From an uncultured Planctomycetaceae bacterium (GTDB taxonomy: Bacteria > Planctomycetota > Planctomycetia > Pirellulales > PALSA-1355), in assembly GCA_963785305.1 (NCBI GenBank), contig CAWAUV010000008.1:864001-928000 (forward strand): a stretch of 64,000 bases of DNA, given 5' to 3'. Position numbers and translations under genes: made by a program. Of the stretch, positions 21,283 to 31,829 are shown one piece after another. The notes under the pieces were generated by a model that did no database searches, had not been told where the DNA came from, and saw only the letters and a program-made list of their open reading frames with translations. Each line of letters starts with the position of its first letter. Within the stretch, counting starts at the first letter, position 1.

Positions 21283-22583
21283 CAACCGACTTCACCCGCC
21301 GTCGGCAGCGGTCGATTCCACAACCACACCACGGGCGCCGAGGCCCGCGGCGCTAGGGCAAGCAATCGCATGGCGGCGGTCACGAGCCGCGGCGAACGGA
21401 GCCCGGTGGCCACGGCGCGGCACAGAAGTCGCCGCCGATCGAGCGAGCGCCGCTGGCTCTCGGCCCAAGCTTCGGCGGCCGCTTCGCTCCAAGCGCGCCG
21501 CGCCGCGAGCGCCGGCGCCACGACACCTTGCGCGGCGGCCAGGGCCCAGCCGATGCCTTCGCCCGTAAACGGCTCGACATAACTCGCCGCGTCGCCCAAC
21601 ACGTAGAGCCGAGTGGCATATGGTTTATGCAGCCGATGCGTCAGCGGCGGAGTGCCGCTCCACGCGGCGCCGCGAGTGTGGCCCAGCGCTTCGGCCCAGT
21701 GCCCGCGGCCAGCCTCCGTTAGAATCGTGGCCACGGCCGCCGCTGGGCTCCGCGCCGCGGCCACGAGCCCGCGCTCGACCGCCGCGGCGACCATCAGGCG
21801 CCCGCCCGAGATGGGCGCGAGACCCACATAGCCTTGCCGCCCGACCGTCATATGGATCATGCCGGGCTCGACCTCGATCGATGGCCTGACGCCTCGCGAG
21901 CAGTCGTCGGGCGACACACCGCCGGGGTCGCCGTTCAAAGCAATCTCTTCCGCGCGCAGCACCACGCCCACGCCGATTCGCGATCGCGGGGCCACGCGGT
22001 TTTCGCGGCTGAGCTCAGCGGGCAGGCCGGCCAAGGCGAGCCCATCGGCCGCGAGCACGACACTGGCTCGGCAAACGCTTGGCCGCCCCTCGGGACCCTG
22101 CAGCCGAACCAATCGCCAGGATTCCTCGACCGCGCCGACTTCGGCCGTGGTGCGCGGCAGAAAGAGAGCGCCGGCCCCGATCGCCGCCTCGACCAGCAGC
22201 GCATCAAGGTCGCGGCGCGGCAGCGCCAAGCCGGGCGGGATCGGAAACTCGGCTTGCCGGCCCGCGGCGTAGAGCCGCACCGCGCGCGTGGGCGTCGCCA
22301 GCGCATGGGTCAGCTCCGTTTCGAGGCCGGCGGCCTTGAGTAGCGCAACCGCCTGATGGCTCACGCAGCCGCCGCAAACCTTGTCGCGGGGAAATGCCTT
22401 GCGTTCGACCAGCAACACCCGCGCTCCACGCCGCGCGAGCAAGAGCGCCGCCAGCGCTCCGGCCGGCCCGGCGCCGACCACGATCGCATCCCACGTTCGC
22501 GCGGCGACATGTTCTAGCTCGAGAGGCGCGGCGTCGCTCGGCGTGTCTTGGCCATCGCGCGAGGAGCGGAGAGACTTGGCCAC
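21279..22583 (-). CDS. FAD-dependent oxidoreductase (geranylgeranyl reductase-like)
   Basis: VVGAGPAG, FPRDKVCGGC, LAADG, GDAASYVEPFTGEGI. Confidence 0.9.
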   Translation of the reverse strand: MAKSLRSSRDGQDTPSDAAPLELEHVAARTWDAIVVGAGPAGALAALLLARRGARVLLVERKAFPRDKVCGGCVSHQAVALLKAAGLETELTHALATPTRAVRLYAAGRQAEFPIPPGLALPRRDLDALLVEAAIGAGALFLPRTTAEVGAVEESWRLVRLQGPEGRPSVCRASVVLAADGLALAGLPAELSRENRVAPRSRIGVGVVLRAEEIALNGDPGGVSPDDCSRGVRPSIEVEPGMIHMTVGRQGYVGLAPISGGRLMVAAAVERGLVAAARSPAAAVATILTEAGRGHWAEALGHTRGAAWSGTPPLTHRLHKPYATRLYVLGDAASYVEPFTGEGIGWALAAAQGVVAPALAARRAWSEAAAEAWAESQRRSLDRRRLLCRAVATGLRSPRLVTAAMRLLALAPRASAPVVWLWNRPLPTAGEVGC

Positions 22584-22588
22584 GGCCG

Positions 22589-23320
22589 TTACCTGCGGTC
22601 CCACACGAGAAAGAATCGTAGCGGCCAATGCCGCGTGAGCCGGGCGCCGGTGAGTCCGGCTCGCTCGGCCATGGCCCGCGCTTCCGAAAGGGTGAAGGCG
22701 GCTCGCGCCGAGACCGGGCCATCGACTCTCGCGATATAGCTTCGGGTGAGCACCCGACAGGCGACTTGGGTCAGCCAATAGCCGGCCCGACTGCGAATCA
22801 GATCATCGACCAGCGCCTTTCGTCCGGCCGCCGCGCGCATTCGCTCGAGCAGCGAAACGGCGGTCGCTTCGTCGAGATGGTGCATGAACAGCGACGACAT
22901 CACGACATCGAAGCCCTCGGGAAGCGGGTCGTCGATCACATTGGCCACGCGGTAGTCGAGCCGCACATCGCTCGGCGGCGAACCGGCCCGCGCGGCATGG
23001 CCCCGCGCCATGTCGACCGCCGCGGAACTGATATCGAGCCCGATGAATTCGGCGGGCACGCGCGCCGCGACGGCTCGTTGGGCAACGCCGAGCAGCACAT
23101 CGCCGCCGCCGGAAGCCAAGTCGAGCACCCGGAGCGGACGGTTGCCGGTGGCGAGCGGCGCGATTTCGCGCCAAATGCGGTGACTCACGCGGCTCAGCGC
23201 ATTGACGCGGGCCAGCGCATCGAGCGCGCTGCGATGCTCGACCAGGGGCAGATCGGGCCCGTCCATGATTTCCGGCGTGCGCTGCCGCACAAAGCCGGAG
23301 GTTCCATCGCCGGTGGTCAT
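22589..23320 (-). CDS. SAM-dependent methyltransferase of the type usually linked to type III PKS
   Basis: EIMDGPDL..ALDALARVN, VLDLASGGGD, SLFMHHL, DGPVSARAAFT. Confidence 0.88.
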   Translation of the reverse strand: MTTGDGTSGFVRQRTPEIMDGPDLPLVEHRSALDALARVNALSRVSHRIWREIAPLATGNRPLRVLDLASGGGDVLLGVAQRAVAARVPAEFIGLDISSAAVDMARGHAARAGSPPSDVRLDYRVANVIDDPLPEGFDVVMSSLFMHHLDEATAVSLLERMRAAAGRKALVDDLIRSRAGYWLTQVACRVLTRSYIARVDGPVSARAAFTLSEARAMAERAGLTGARLTRHWPLRFFLVWDRR

Positions 23321-23342
23321 GAGTTGTTCTTCCTCGCCACGG

Positions 23343-23383
23343 TTAGCAGCCTGTTCGATTTCAATGTTTCAACAGGCTGTTAG
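23343..23383. repeat. AGCAGCCTGTT-type palindrome, copy 3
   Basis: TTAGCAGCCTGTT-CGATTTCAATGTTTC-AACAGGCTGTTAG. Confidence 0.75.
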
Positions 23384-23706
23384 AAGTTCCGCCGCGTGCG
23401 AGGATCGCGAACGAACGGGAGTCTTCGGGGGCAACCGGCGCCAGCTATCATGGTTTCTATTCGGCGATTCGGCCAGCGGCGCAATTGTGAAAAAATAGTT
23501 GGCGATCGGCTCGCGCTCTGCGGCGCGCTTCGCGAACCGCTCTCGGCGCCCCCACTCTGGGCATTGCCGGTTGTGCGATTGTTCTCGTTCGCGATTTTTC
23601 GTAGTATCCGCCGCCCACCACATTTTTTGCCGGCCATGCGACCGCTTTTTGGGAAATTCGAGGCTCGCGGGCGGCATCGGGGGGCGGATTTCAAGGAGAC
23701 AGAACC

Positions 23707-25098
23707 GTGGCGCACGCGAAAGCGAATTTCGGCCGGGAAGTCAAAATCGGGCTCGCGCTCGTGGGCACGTTGCTGGTGACGTTTGTGCGCTGCTGGCGCG
23801 GCGCTTGATGTCGACCGCGACGGAGGAGCCGTTTCCGGCGTCGGTGGCCTCGAGCGACGGCGATGGCGGCGCGGCGTTGCCGCCCCCCCAGCCGATTGCC
23901 GCGGCGCCGATAGCGGTCGGCGGACCGCTTGCGGCCGACGCGCCCCTTGCGGTTGATGGCCCAATCGGCGACGTCGATGCGCCGCCCACTCGTCCCTTCC
24001 GTCCGCGTCGCGATGATGCTCGTGAGATTGCGCGCGACGCGGTCGATGCCACGCCCGCTGTTGCGTCGATGGCGGCGCCGGTTGCGTTTCAAGAGGCCGC
24101 GCCTCCGAGCGAGCCGGATCCCACGAACGCGGGCCAGGCGCCCGATTCGAGCGCGGCGCCGTTTGAAACGCCGCCCGCCGACCCGGCGTCGCAGCCGGTG
24201 GCCGACAGCGCCGCGCCGCCATTTCAGCCCGTTTCCTCGGTCGCCGATCCCGGCGGCGAGCCTTCCGGGAGCGCGCCGTTCGGCGCCGGGACCGCGGATG
24301 CCGCAAGTAGCCCCGCCCCGAATACGCAAGACACAAATTCGCCGGGTGCCGGATTCGAGTAGCGCCGTGCCCACGCCCGCTGGTGGCAATGGGGCGCCTG
24401 ACGCCGCGCCGCCGCAGTTCATCGCGCGAGGGCCGCTACGCTCGACCGACGACCCCAGCGCAGTGAACGATGCCCGCTTTCGGGCGCCGGATCGCGCGGT
24501 GGACCTTGCTCCGGTCGCGCCCGTGAGCGGCTACGACAATCCGCCTGGTGGTTCGCCCAGCGGCGACGCCGGCGATGCGCCTCCCGCCGCCGCGCCGGGA
24601 ATGAGTGTTCCCGGCAAGTATGTGGTGCAGCCCAACGACAATTACTGGACGATTTGCGAAAAGGTCTATGGCGCCGGCGCCTTCTTCAAAGCGCTCCAGC
24701 AGTACAATGGCGGCTTGGGCCCCAGCGCGGCCCGGCTGCAAGTGGGCGAGGTGGTGGAAGTGCCGCCGACCACGGTCTTGCGGCAAAAATTCGGCGAGCT
24801 TTGCCCCAAGCCGCGGCGCGAGCAAGCGGCCTCGCGCATGCAGCCTGTATCGGCCGGACCGCGACAGTGCGCCGGAGCGACGATCTACACCGTCGAGCAA
24901 GGCGATACCCTGTTCGACATTGCTCGGCATCAGCTCGGCAAGGCCTCGCGCTGGATCGAAATCTACGACATGAATCGCGAAGCGCTGGGCGACGACTTTC
25001 ATTATTTGCGTCCGGGCACGGAGTTGGTCATTCCGAACGCGGCGGCCCAATCGGCGGAATCGCTTACGCGTCAGCCGGGCGGCGCCATGCAGCGCTAG
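23707..25098 (+). CDS. Membrane-anchored protein with two LysM domains, frameshifts ~23790 and ~24350
   Basis: RBS AAGGAG + GTG, REVKIGLALVG anchor, YVVQPNDNYWTI and YTVEQGDTLFDIA. Confidence 0.8.
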
Positions 25099-25145
25099 TC
25101 ACTTGGCGCTTTTCACGCGGCGACCTTCACACCGCCTGCCGGCGG

Positions 25146-27364
25146 CTACATTCGTCGAGCATGCGTGCGCAGGGTCGCGGCGTCGATCGGTTTGACGAGG
25201 TGGTGCGAGAAACCCGCCTCGAGTGATCGCTCGCGATCTTCTTTTTGACCATAGCCGGTCAGAGCGATCAGCATCATGCGATCGAATCTCGCGTCGGCGC
25301 GAAATGTGTGCGCCAGTTCGTAGCCGTTCATGCCCGGAAGCCCGATATCGACAAAGGCCACGTCGGGCTGGGTTTTGGCGGCGAGCTCGAACCCCTCGGG
25401 CCCCGTGGCGGCCCAGTGTGGGTCGTGTCCGTAGCGGGCCAAAAGCGCCTGCATAATGCGGCCGATATCGGGCTGGTCCTCGACGATGAGCACTTTGAGC
25501 GGCGCCGGCCTGCGCCGCGTGTCACCTCGTCGCTGGAAGCGTTGCCCGGCCGCGGCTTCGCCGAGTTCGCGGTCAGTGGGAGCTCGACCACGAATTCGCT
25601 TCCCTTGCCGAGTCCCTCGCTAGTGACCGTGACCGTGCCGCGATGCAGTTTCACGGCGCTGCGCACAAGGGTGAGCCCCACGCCCAAGCCCGCCGCCGAG
25701 CGGTCGAGATCGGGGCGCACCTGGGCAAACAGGTCAAACATGCTTGGGATGCGCGAGCTATCGAGACCGATGCCGGTGTCGCGCATGCGCACCCTCGCCA
25801 CGGCGCCTTCGCTCCGGGCCACGAGATCAATCTTTCCGCCCGGCTCGGTGAACTTCGCGGCGTTGGAGAGCAACTGCGCGAAAACTTGTTCGAGCCGCGC
25901 GGCGTCGCCTTCGACTTCGAGCACTCCGCGGGGCAGGTCGACGCGAAGCTCGAGCTGGCGAGATTCGATCAGGGGCCGCGCTGCTTGCACCGCCGCCTTG
26001 AGCGGTTCGGTCAGGTCGAGCGGCGCCAGGCGCAATTTCGCCGCGCCCGCGGTGAGCTTGGCAAGGTCGAGCATTTCGTTTACCAGTCGGGTCAGATGTT
26101 GGACTTGTCGCCTCAGAATGGCGAGCGCTTGTTGATAGATCGGCTCCTGGGGAGGATGGGTCGAGATCAATTCTCCGGCGCCGGCGAGCGCGGCCAGCGG
26201 ATTGCGAAGCTCATGTCCGAGCATGGTCAGCATCGCGTCTTTCGCGCGATTGTTTTGCATGAGCTCCATTTCGACTTCCTTCAGATGCGTGATATCCATG
26301 AACGCGCCGACGGAGCCGCGGCATTTATGCTCGTCGTCGAATAGCGGCGCCACGGAGGAGAGCACGCGGATCGAGGCGCCATTGGCCCGGCGAATTTCAA
26401 GTTCCTGGTTCACCAGGGGTTGGCCCGTGGCGGCCACTTGTCGCATCGGAAAAGCGTCGGCCTCGAGCTGCGCGCCATCGCGCAAAATCCGGTAACTCGG
26501 CGGTTGATGCCCGATCGACGCCACCGGAGAGGCGTTGCCATCGGGCGACACGCCGAACATGTCGGCCAAGAGGCTGTTGACGGCTAAGTGCCCGCAAGCC
26601 GGATCGCTGGACAAGCCGAGCCCCACCGGGGCGAGCTCGAACAGCGTTTCGAGTTCATGCACCCGATCTTGCAGCTCGCGATTGAGCTCGCGGATCGTGG
26701 CTTGGGCCGCGCGCGATTCACTTAGATCGATCGCGTAGCAGATGCAGTGGGTCTTGTCGGGAGCGGTGTCGAGCCGCGCGCTGCCAAACAGCACCGGCAC
26801 GCGCGTGCCGTCGCGGCGGAGAAACTCTTTTTCATAAGGCTTGGCCAAGCCGCGGCGATCCAATTCATCGAGCGCCGCTAGATCCGCGCCGTCGAACTCG
26901 GCCGGCGTGAGGCTTCGCCAATTGATCCGCCCGGCCAGGAGGTCTTCGCGCGGATAGCCGATCATGGTGAGAAACTTGTCGCTCGCGTCGGTCACCCGGC
27001 CATCGACCTCGATGAACAACACGCCGATGGCGTCCATTTCGACCAGCCGCCGAAAGCGAATCTGTTCGGCCTCGCGCAGGGCTTCGGCCGCGAGATGCGT
27101 TCGCATGTCGCGGCGCACGAGCGCGTACACCGCTCCCAGCAGGAGCAGGGCGCCGATCGTCGAGTTGAGCACTCCGATCACGGCGCTGCGCTTGCTGTAG
27201 TTCAACTCGTCGGTCCAGCCGCCGTCGGGCTGGCCTTCGCTGGCTTTGCGAGCATCGGCCGCAATGCGGTCGAGATAGTAATACGATAGCGCGCCATTCG
27301 ACGCGATCAGCGCGAACAGAAACAGAATTCCCAACAGCGCCGGCACACCCAAGATTCGGTTCAT
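25146..27364 (-). CDS. Membrane PAS-PAS hybrid histidine kinase with receiver, frameshift ~25500
   Basis: 2 TM, PAS motifs, LGHELRNPL, LLSNAAKFT, receiver VEDQPD / VDIGLPGMNG / LVKP. Confidence 0.9.
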
Positions 27365-27584
27365 GGAAGGACCGCGCGGCAAAAATGAGGGGAAGACTTC
27401 ATCGGCCTCGCTCGCGATCGCCGGACACGAAGTTCGCGACGCCGCGCCGTGATCGCAACGCTCTCGGGCGCCGCGAGAGGCCCCGGAGCGTCGACTCGCG
27501 TTTCATGAAAACCGAACCCATGCATCTCGAGGACCAGCCGGTAGGTTCTCGCGGCGAGAACGCGGGGCGAGCCGATGCGAGCCG

Positions 27585-29069
27585 TCATTCCTCGGTGGCG
27601 CCGGCCAGCGATTCCTCGTCGGCCGAAGCGTCGTCGATCGTGACGACCGGATCGATGTTGATATGCAGTTGCCGAATCTTGTTGCGGAGGCAGCCCCGCG
27701 TGATGCCGAGGATCTTGGAGGCGCGGGATTGATTGCCGCTGGTGTGGCGGAGCACATGCGTCAGCAATTGTCGCTCGAGCATCGCCACGGCGTCGGCATA
27801 CAGCGTGTTGCTGCCGGAGCGCAGCTCGGACTGGATGAATTGTTCGAGCGACGAGGTGAGCACATGCCCCCCCGCGGCGCCGTTGGAAGCGCCCGCCGGC
27901 TCGCGAATCTCATCGGGAAGAAAGTCGGGCACGAGCCGCGGACCGGTCGCCCGCAAGATCGACTGCCGCAACACGCTTTGCAACTGCCGCACATTGCCGG
28001 GCCAGGGAAATCGCTCCAAGATCGCCATCGTGTCGGGCGAAACATCCGAGACCTTTTTGCCGAGCTCAAGGCTGCAGCGCACCAGATAGTGCTGCACCAG
28101 TCGGGGAATGTCCTCGCCGCGATCGCGCAGCGGCGGCAGAAAGATCGTGAAGCCATTGAGCCGATAGAAGAGGTCGGCCCGGAACTGGCCATCGGCCACC
28201 ATTTGATCGAGATCGCGGTGGGTGGCGGCGATGATGCGCACATCGGTTTGAATCGTCTCGTGACCGCCGACGCGCTCGAAGCGTTGGTCTTGCAACACGC
28301 GGAGCACTTTGCTCTGCGAGAGCGGGGTCATGTCGCCGATTTCATCGAGAAACACCGTACCCCCCGAGCACTGTTCGAATTTACCGATCCGCCGCGAATC
28401 GGCGCCCGTGAACGCGCCTTTCTCGTGGCCAAACAGCTCGCTCTCGAGGAGCGCTTCGGGAATCGCCGCGCAGTTCACGGCCAAGAACTTGCTCGACTTG
28501 CGGGGACTATGTTGATAGATCGCGCGGGCAATCAGCTCCTTGCCGGTGCCGCTCTCGCCGCGGATCAATACCGTGGCGCTTTGGCCGGCCACGCGGCCGA
28601 TCGCTTTGTAGACTTCCTGCATCGGCGCGCAGCGGCCGACCAGCGCGTCGCTGGCCGAACTGGGCGCCTCGGAATGTTCGGCCAGAGTCACCGGCACATG
28701 CATTAGGCGGCGAATCGCGAGCGCTTTGTCCACCAACTCGCGCACCCGCGGAAAATCGAGCGGCTTGACCAGATAATCAAACGCCCCGAGCATCATGGCG
28801 TCGATCGTCGTGTCGCTGTCGCCGCTGGCGCTAATGACCAGAATCGGAATGCGGGCATCGTAGCGGTGAATGCGCTCGAAGGTCTCGAGGCCCGATTCGT
28901 CGGGCAGCATCACGTCGAGGATCACGACATCGGGGTCAGCCTCGCCCACGACCGCCAAACCCTCTTTGGCCGAGGCGGCCGTCAGCACGCGCATGTCGGG
29001 CTCTTGAAACAGACGCTCGAAGACATGGAGGATCTCGGGATCGTCGTCGATGACGAGAAGCGTCGACAT
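27585..29069 (-). CDS. Sigma54-dependent response regulator (NtrC family: REC-AAA-Fis HTH)
   Basis: VIDDD, GESGTGKE, intact GAFTGA, FLDEIG, WPGNVRQL, GNQSRASKILGITR. Confidence 0.95.
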   Translation of the reverse strand: MSTLLVIDDDPEILHVFERLFQEPDMRVLTAASAKEGLAVVGEADPDVVILDVMLPDESGLETFERIHRYDARIPILVISASGDSDTTIDAMMLGAFDYLVKPLDFPRVRELVDKALAIRRLMHVPVTLAEHSEAPSSASDALVGRCAPMQEVYKAIGRVAGQSATVLIRGESGTGKELIARAIYQHSPRKSSKFLAVNCAAIPEALLESELFGHEKGAFTGADSRRIGKFEQCSGGTVFLDEIGDMTPLSQSKVLRVLQDQRFERVGGHETIQTDVRIIAATHRDLDQMVADGQFRADLFYRLNGFTIFLPPLRDRGEDIPRLVQHYLVRCSLELGKKVSDVSPDTMAILERFPWPGNVRQLQSVLRQSILRATGPRLVPDFLPDEIREPAGASNGAAGGHVLTSSLEQFIQSELRSGSNTLYADAVAMLERQLLTHVLRHTSGNQSRASKILGITRGCLRNKIRQLHINIDPVVTIDDASADEESLAGATEE

Positions 29070-29267
29070 AAGGACTCGTGCTGGTGCGAGGAGGCTCTTT
29101 CGGTGAGCAAAATGGCGAGCGAGATAAAAACGAATGGGCTGGAAGCCATTCGGATCGTTTGATTTTATGCTAATCGGCCTTCGCGGCATAGTCGCCGCGA
29201 TTCCCACGAGGCGCCTCCAAAGGAGGAATCGCCGCGATCTTGGGCGGAATCGCGGCGGCCTGTCCCG

Positions 29268-30212
29268 TCACTGCGAGCCGGTCTGTTCGCCGCGCGATTC
29301 AAGCCGCACGCCCTCGAGCGGCGAGCGTCCGTACCGCACATGCACATATTCGATCCATCCTTGGTCGAGGGTCTTGGGCCAAGCCCCGCGGGCAAAGGTG
29401 GCGGTCTTTTTTACAATGGCTTCCGGCAATTCCAACACCCACCGCGATTGGTTCGCCGGCGCCACAAAAGCACTCAGCGGCAACGGTCGCAATTGATCGT
29501 CGGGCAAATCACGGGAACTGATCGCCGCATAGGCAATGCGTCCGCCGGGCACCAGGATCGCCAGACCGACAATTTTGCCAAGCACTTGCCGATCGGCATT
29601 GATGACCTCCGTGTCGCGGAGCTTCGACCAGGGAATCAGCTCCTTGGCGGGATCATATTTTCGCCCGCTCGCGGCCTCGGAGCCCGCGGGACGCGTTTTT
29701 TCGATCACTTTCGCGGCCCAGGCGCGAGTCCAGCCGCCATCGGGCCGAGCCGAGGGACAGTTTTTCAAATCGGCGTCGGACATCGCAATCACGAGCGGCT
29801 TACCGGCGGCGCCATCGGTTCCGGCTCGTTGGGCAAAGGCCGTCCGCACGCGCCGCCAGGGAACCCAGCGGGCCGAGTCTTTCAGGTCGTTCTTGGCGCC
29901 CTGGTTCGTGTCGGAATCGTGCTTCGCCGCCCCGGCCGGTTCCGCCAACAGCATCACGAGTCGGCCGACTTCTTCATCGAGTAGCGCGTCGGTCGTTTTC
30001 CAATGGGCGCCGTCGGAAGTGGTCCAATCCATGGCGACCAGCGAACCGATCGGCAAAATCGGGCCGAGTTCGGCCTCGGGGCCGTCATCGTCGTTGGTTG
30101 CCAGCGATGGTTGTTCAGCGTCCGCATGGCCCGCCGGGCGATCAGCCGTCCAGGCACAAACGGCCAGAGTGCCCAACACGATTACCAGCCAGGATCGTAG
30201 GAATGCAGTCAT
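29268..30212 (-). CDS. Secreted PRC-barrel domain protein
   Basis: Signal peptide; SKLRDTEVINADRQVLGKI..GRIAYAAI..PLPLSAF. Confidence 0.7.
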   Translation of the reverse strand: MTAFLRSWLVIVLGTLAVCAWTADRPAGHADAEQPSLATNDDDGPEAELGPILPIGSLVAMDWTTSDGAHWKTTDALLDEEVGRLVMLLAEPAGAAKHDSDTNQGAKNDLKDSARWVPWRRVRTAFAQRAGTDGAAGKPLVIAMSDADLKNCPSARPDGGWTRAWAAKVIEKTRPAGSEAASGRKYDPAKELIPWSKLRDTEVINADRQVLGKIVGLAILVPGGRIAYAAISSRDLPDDQLRPLPLSAFVAPANQSRWVLELPEAIVKKTATFARGAWPKTLDQGWIEYVHVRYGRSPLEGVRLESRGEQTGSQ

Positions 30213-30312
30213 GCGAAAAACTCCGGCGTTCGGCCCAGGGCGTCCAACTTGTGGCAAAAAATGCAGTTGCGACGAAAGATCACCTGGAAACGCGAACTCG
30301 GGCGGCGGTTAG

Positions 30313-30328
30313 TGCAATTCGTATACCT
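30313..30328 (-). promoter_or_regulatory. Sigma54 -24/-12 promoter for the PRC-barrel gene
   Basis: Minus strand AGGTATACGAATTGCA (GG-N10-GC), ~100 nt upstream of ATG. Confidence 0.6.
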
Positions 30329-30408
30329 TGGCCCGTTTTTCGGCGGGCGCCGACTCTCCCATGGGCTCTGGGCGCCCAATGCGTTTGTCAACGCATAACT
30401 TTGTCCGG

Positions 30409-30488
30409 CGCCATGGCCCACGCTTGCATGGGCATGTCTTATTGCGGTGTTCGACCACGGATGCCCAGGCAAGCGTTGGCAAGGCACT
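30409..30488. repeat. Degenerate REP doublet of the CATGCCCACGC family
   Basis: CATGGCCCACGCTTGCATGGGCATG and GATGCCCAGGCAAGCGTTGGCAAGGCAC. Confidence 0.6.
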
Positions 30489-30767
30489 TCAGATGGCTGC
30501 ATCGTTTTGAGACAGCCTGCGTTAATGTGCGACGTTTTCTCGACATGCGCCGCATGTTTCACGCCAGCGGGCGTCGCGCGACTTCAGCGGACTGGTCGCT
30601 TGCGGCACACCGAAAGCCCGTCGTGCGGCTCGATTTGTGGTCGCTGATCGAGCAGGTTGATCGTCTTGCGACCGGCAAACGGCGCCGATGACCCACAACT
30701 TCGCTCGGAATTCGACGGACACCGATCGGCAAAAATAAATGTTGACCTCGCAAGGCCCCTCGAGCGG

Positions 30768-30783
30768 TGGCACGCCAAGTGCT
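30768..30783 (+). promoter_or_regulatory. Sigma54 promoter for the small protein/Hpt pair
   Basis: TGGCACGCCAAGTGCT. Confidence 0.7.
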
Positions 30784-30908
30784 CTTGAAAGTCCTCCAGA
30801 TCGGATCGAGGTTTCCCTCCCCGATCGCTCTGGCTTTCAAGAACCGCGTTGGGGTTTTCCAAACGCCCGCAAGCGAGTTTAGCTATCTCACAGGGAGTTT
30901 TTACAATC

Positions 30909-31121
30909 ATGTACAAAAAAGCAACCAGCGAACGACGGATGTCCGACTCGGCTCACAATCAACCAGGTTTCATGCCCTCGGCGAGTGAAGTGTGGGCCGC
31001 GGCGCGTGAAATTCGCCAAAGCTGGAGCACCTCCGAGCGCGAGCGACGGCATTCGCGGGCCGAGGTGAGTCAATGGACGTTGTTAGGCCGACTCCAAGGC
31101 GCGAAATCGATCGCGGGTTGA
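30909..31121 (+). CDS. Small hypothetical protein (70 aa)
   Basis: GGGAG RBS + ATG; charged helix AREIRQSWSTSERERR. Confidence 0.6.
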   Translation: MYKKATSERRMSDSAHNQPGFMPSASEVWAAAREIRQSWSTSERERRHSRAEVSQWTLLGRLQGAKSIAG

Positions 31122-31209
31122 TACAAAGAGAAGCCGCTCCCCGGCGCGACCGATGTTAGCCTGACGGAACGACCGAGTCGCCAGCGAGGGCGGACGAAGA
31201 GGCAAAACC

Positions 31210-31671
31210 ATGGGCACGGTGCAAAATATGTCGACGCTCGGATCAAAATGGAACGGAAGCAGTCCGGCGCCGAGCAAAGGCAACGCGGCGGCGGGCCGCG
31301 GTCAAACCGATTCGGTCGATGGCGACATCTTCAAGGTGCAGGGTATCTGCCAGCCCGATGAAGCGATTCGCCGCTTGGGTGGCCTGCCGGACCTCTATGC
31401 CGATATCGTGGGGCGACTGCTCGACGATGCTTCGGGCGTGTATGCCCGGCTTACGGCCGCGGTCGCGGCGGAAGATCCGACGCGGTCGCGTGCCGCTGCT
31501 CATAGTCTCAAAGGTCTGGCTCTCATGTGTGGCGCCGTAGGCTTGGGCGACGCCGCGCGAGCGCTCGAAGACGCCACGCGGCCAGGAGTGCTGCCGCCGT
31601 GGAAGCCGTTGATGACTCGGATCGATGGTGAGATGACGCAAGCCCGACTACTTCTCTCGCCATATCGCTGA
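31210..31671 (+). CDS. Stand-alone Hpt phosphotransfer protein
   Basis: AIRRLGGLPDLY, AAHSLKGLALMCGA. Confidence 0.85.
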   Translation: MGTVQNMSTLGSKWNGSSPAPSKGNAAAGRGQTDSVDGDIFKVQGICQPDEAIRRLGGLPDLYADIVGRLLDDASGVYARLTAAVAAEDPTRSRAAAHSLKGLALMCGAVGLGDAARALEDATRPGVLPPWKPLMTRIDGEMTQARLLLSPYR

Positions 31672-31723
31672 AAGATTCGTGGCGCCGAGTAGGCATTATG
31701 CTCGACGCGGTGTTTCGTTGCTT

Positions 31724-31739
31724 GGGCACGATAAGTGCC
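31724..31739 (+). promoter_or_regulatory. Sigma54 promoter for the DUF883 gene
   Basis: GGGCACGATAAGTGCC (GG-N10-GC); site is self-complementary. Confidence 0.65.
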
Positions 31740-31829
31740 CCTTGACGTTCTCGACAACGACGCCCCGCTCTTGTGTGGCGACGGGCGATTTTTTTCGAGG
31801 AACTTTTTTCCATAGAGGGAGTTTTCATC

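Noticed and set aside
27663..28706. Long antisense ORFs (also 16809-18122, 57286-58818, 10317-11396)
   Set aside because: Shadow frames of high-GC genes on the opposite strand, with no recognisable motifs.
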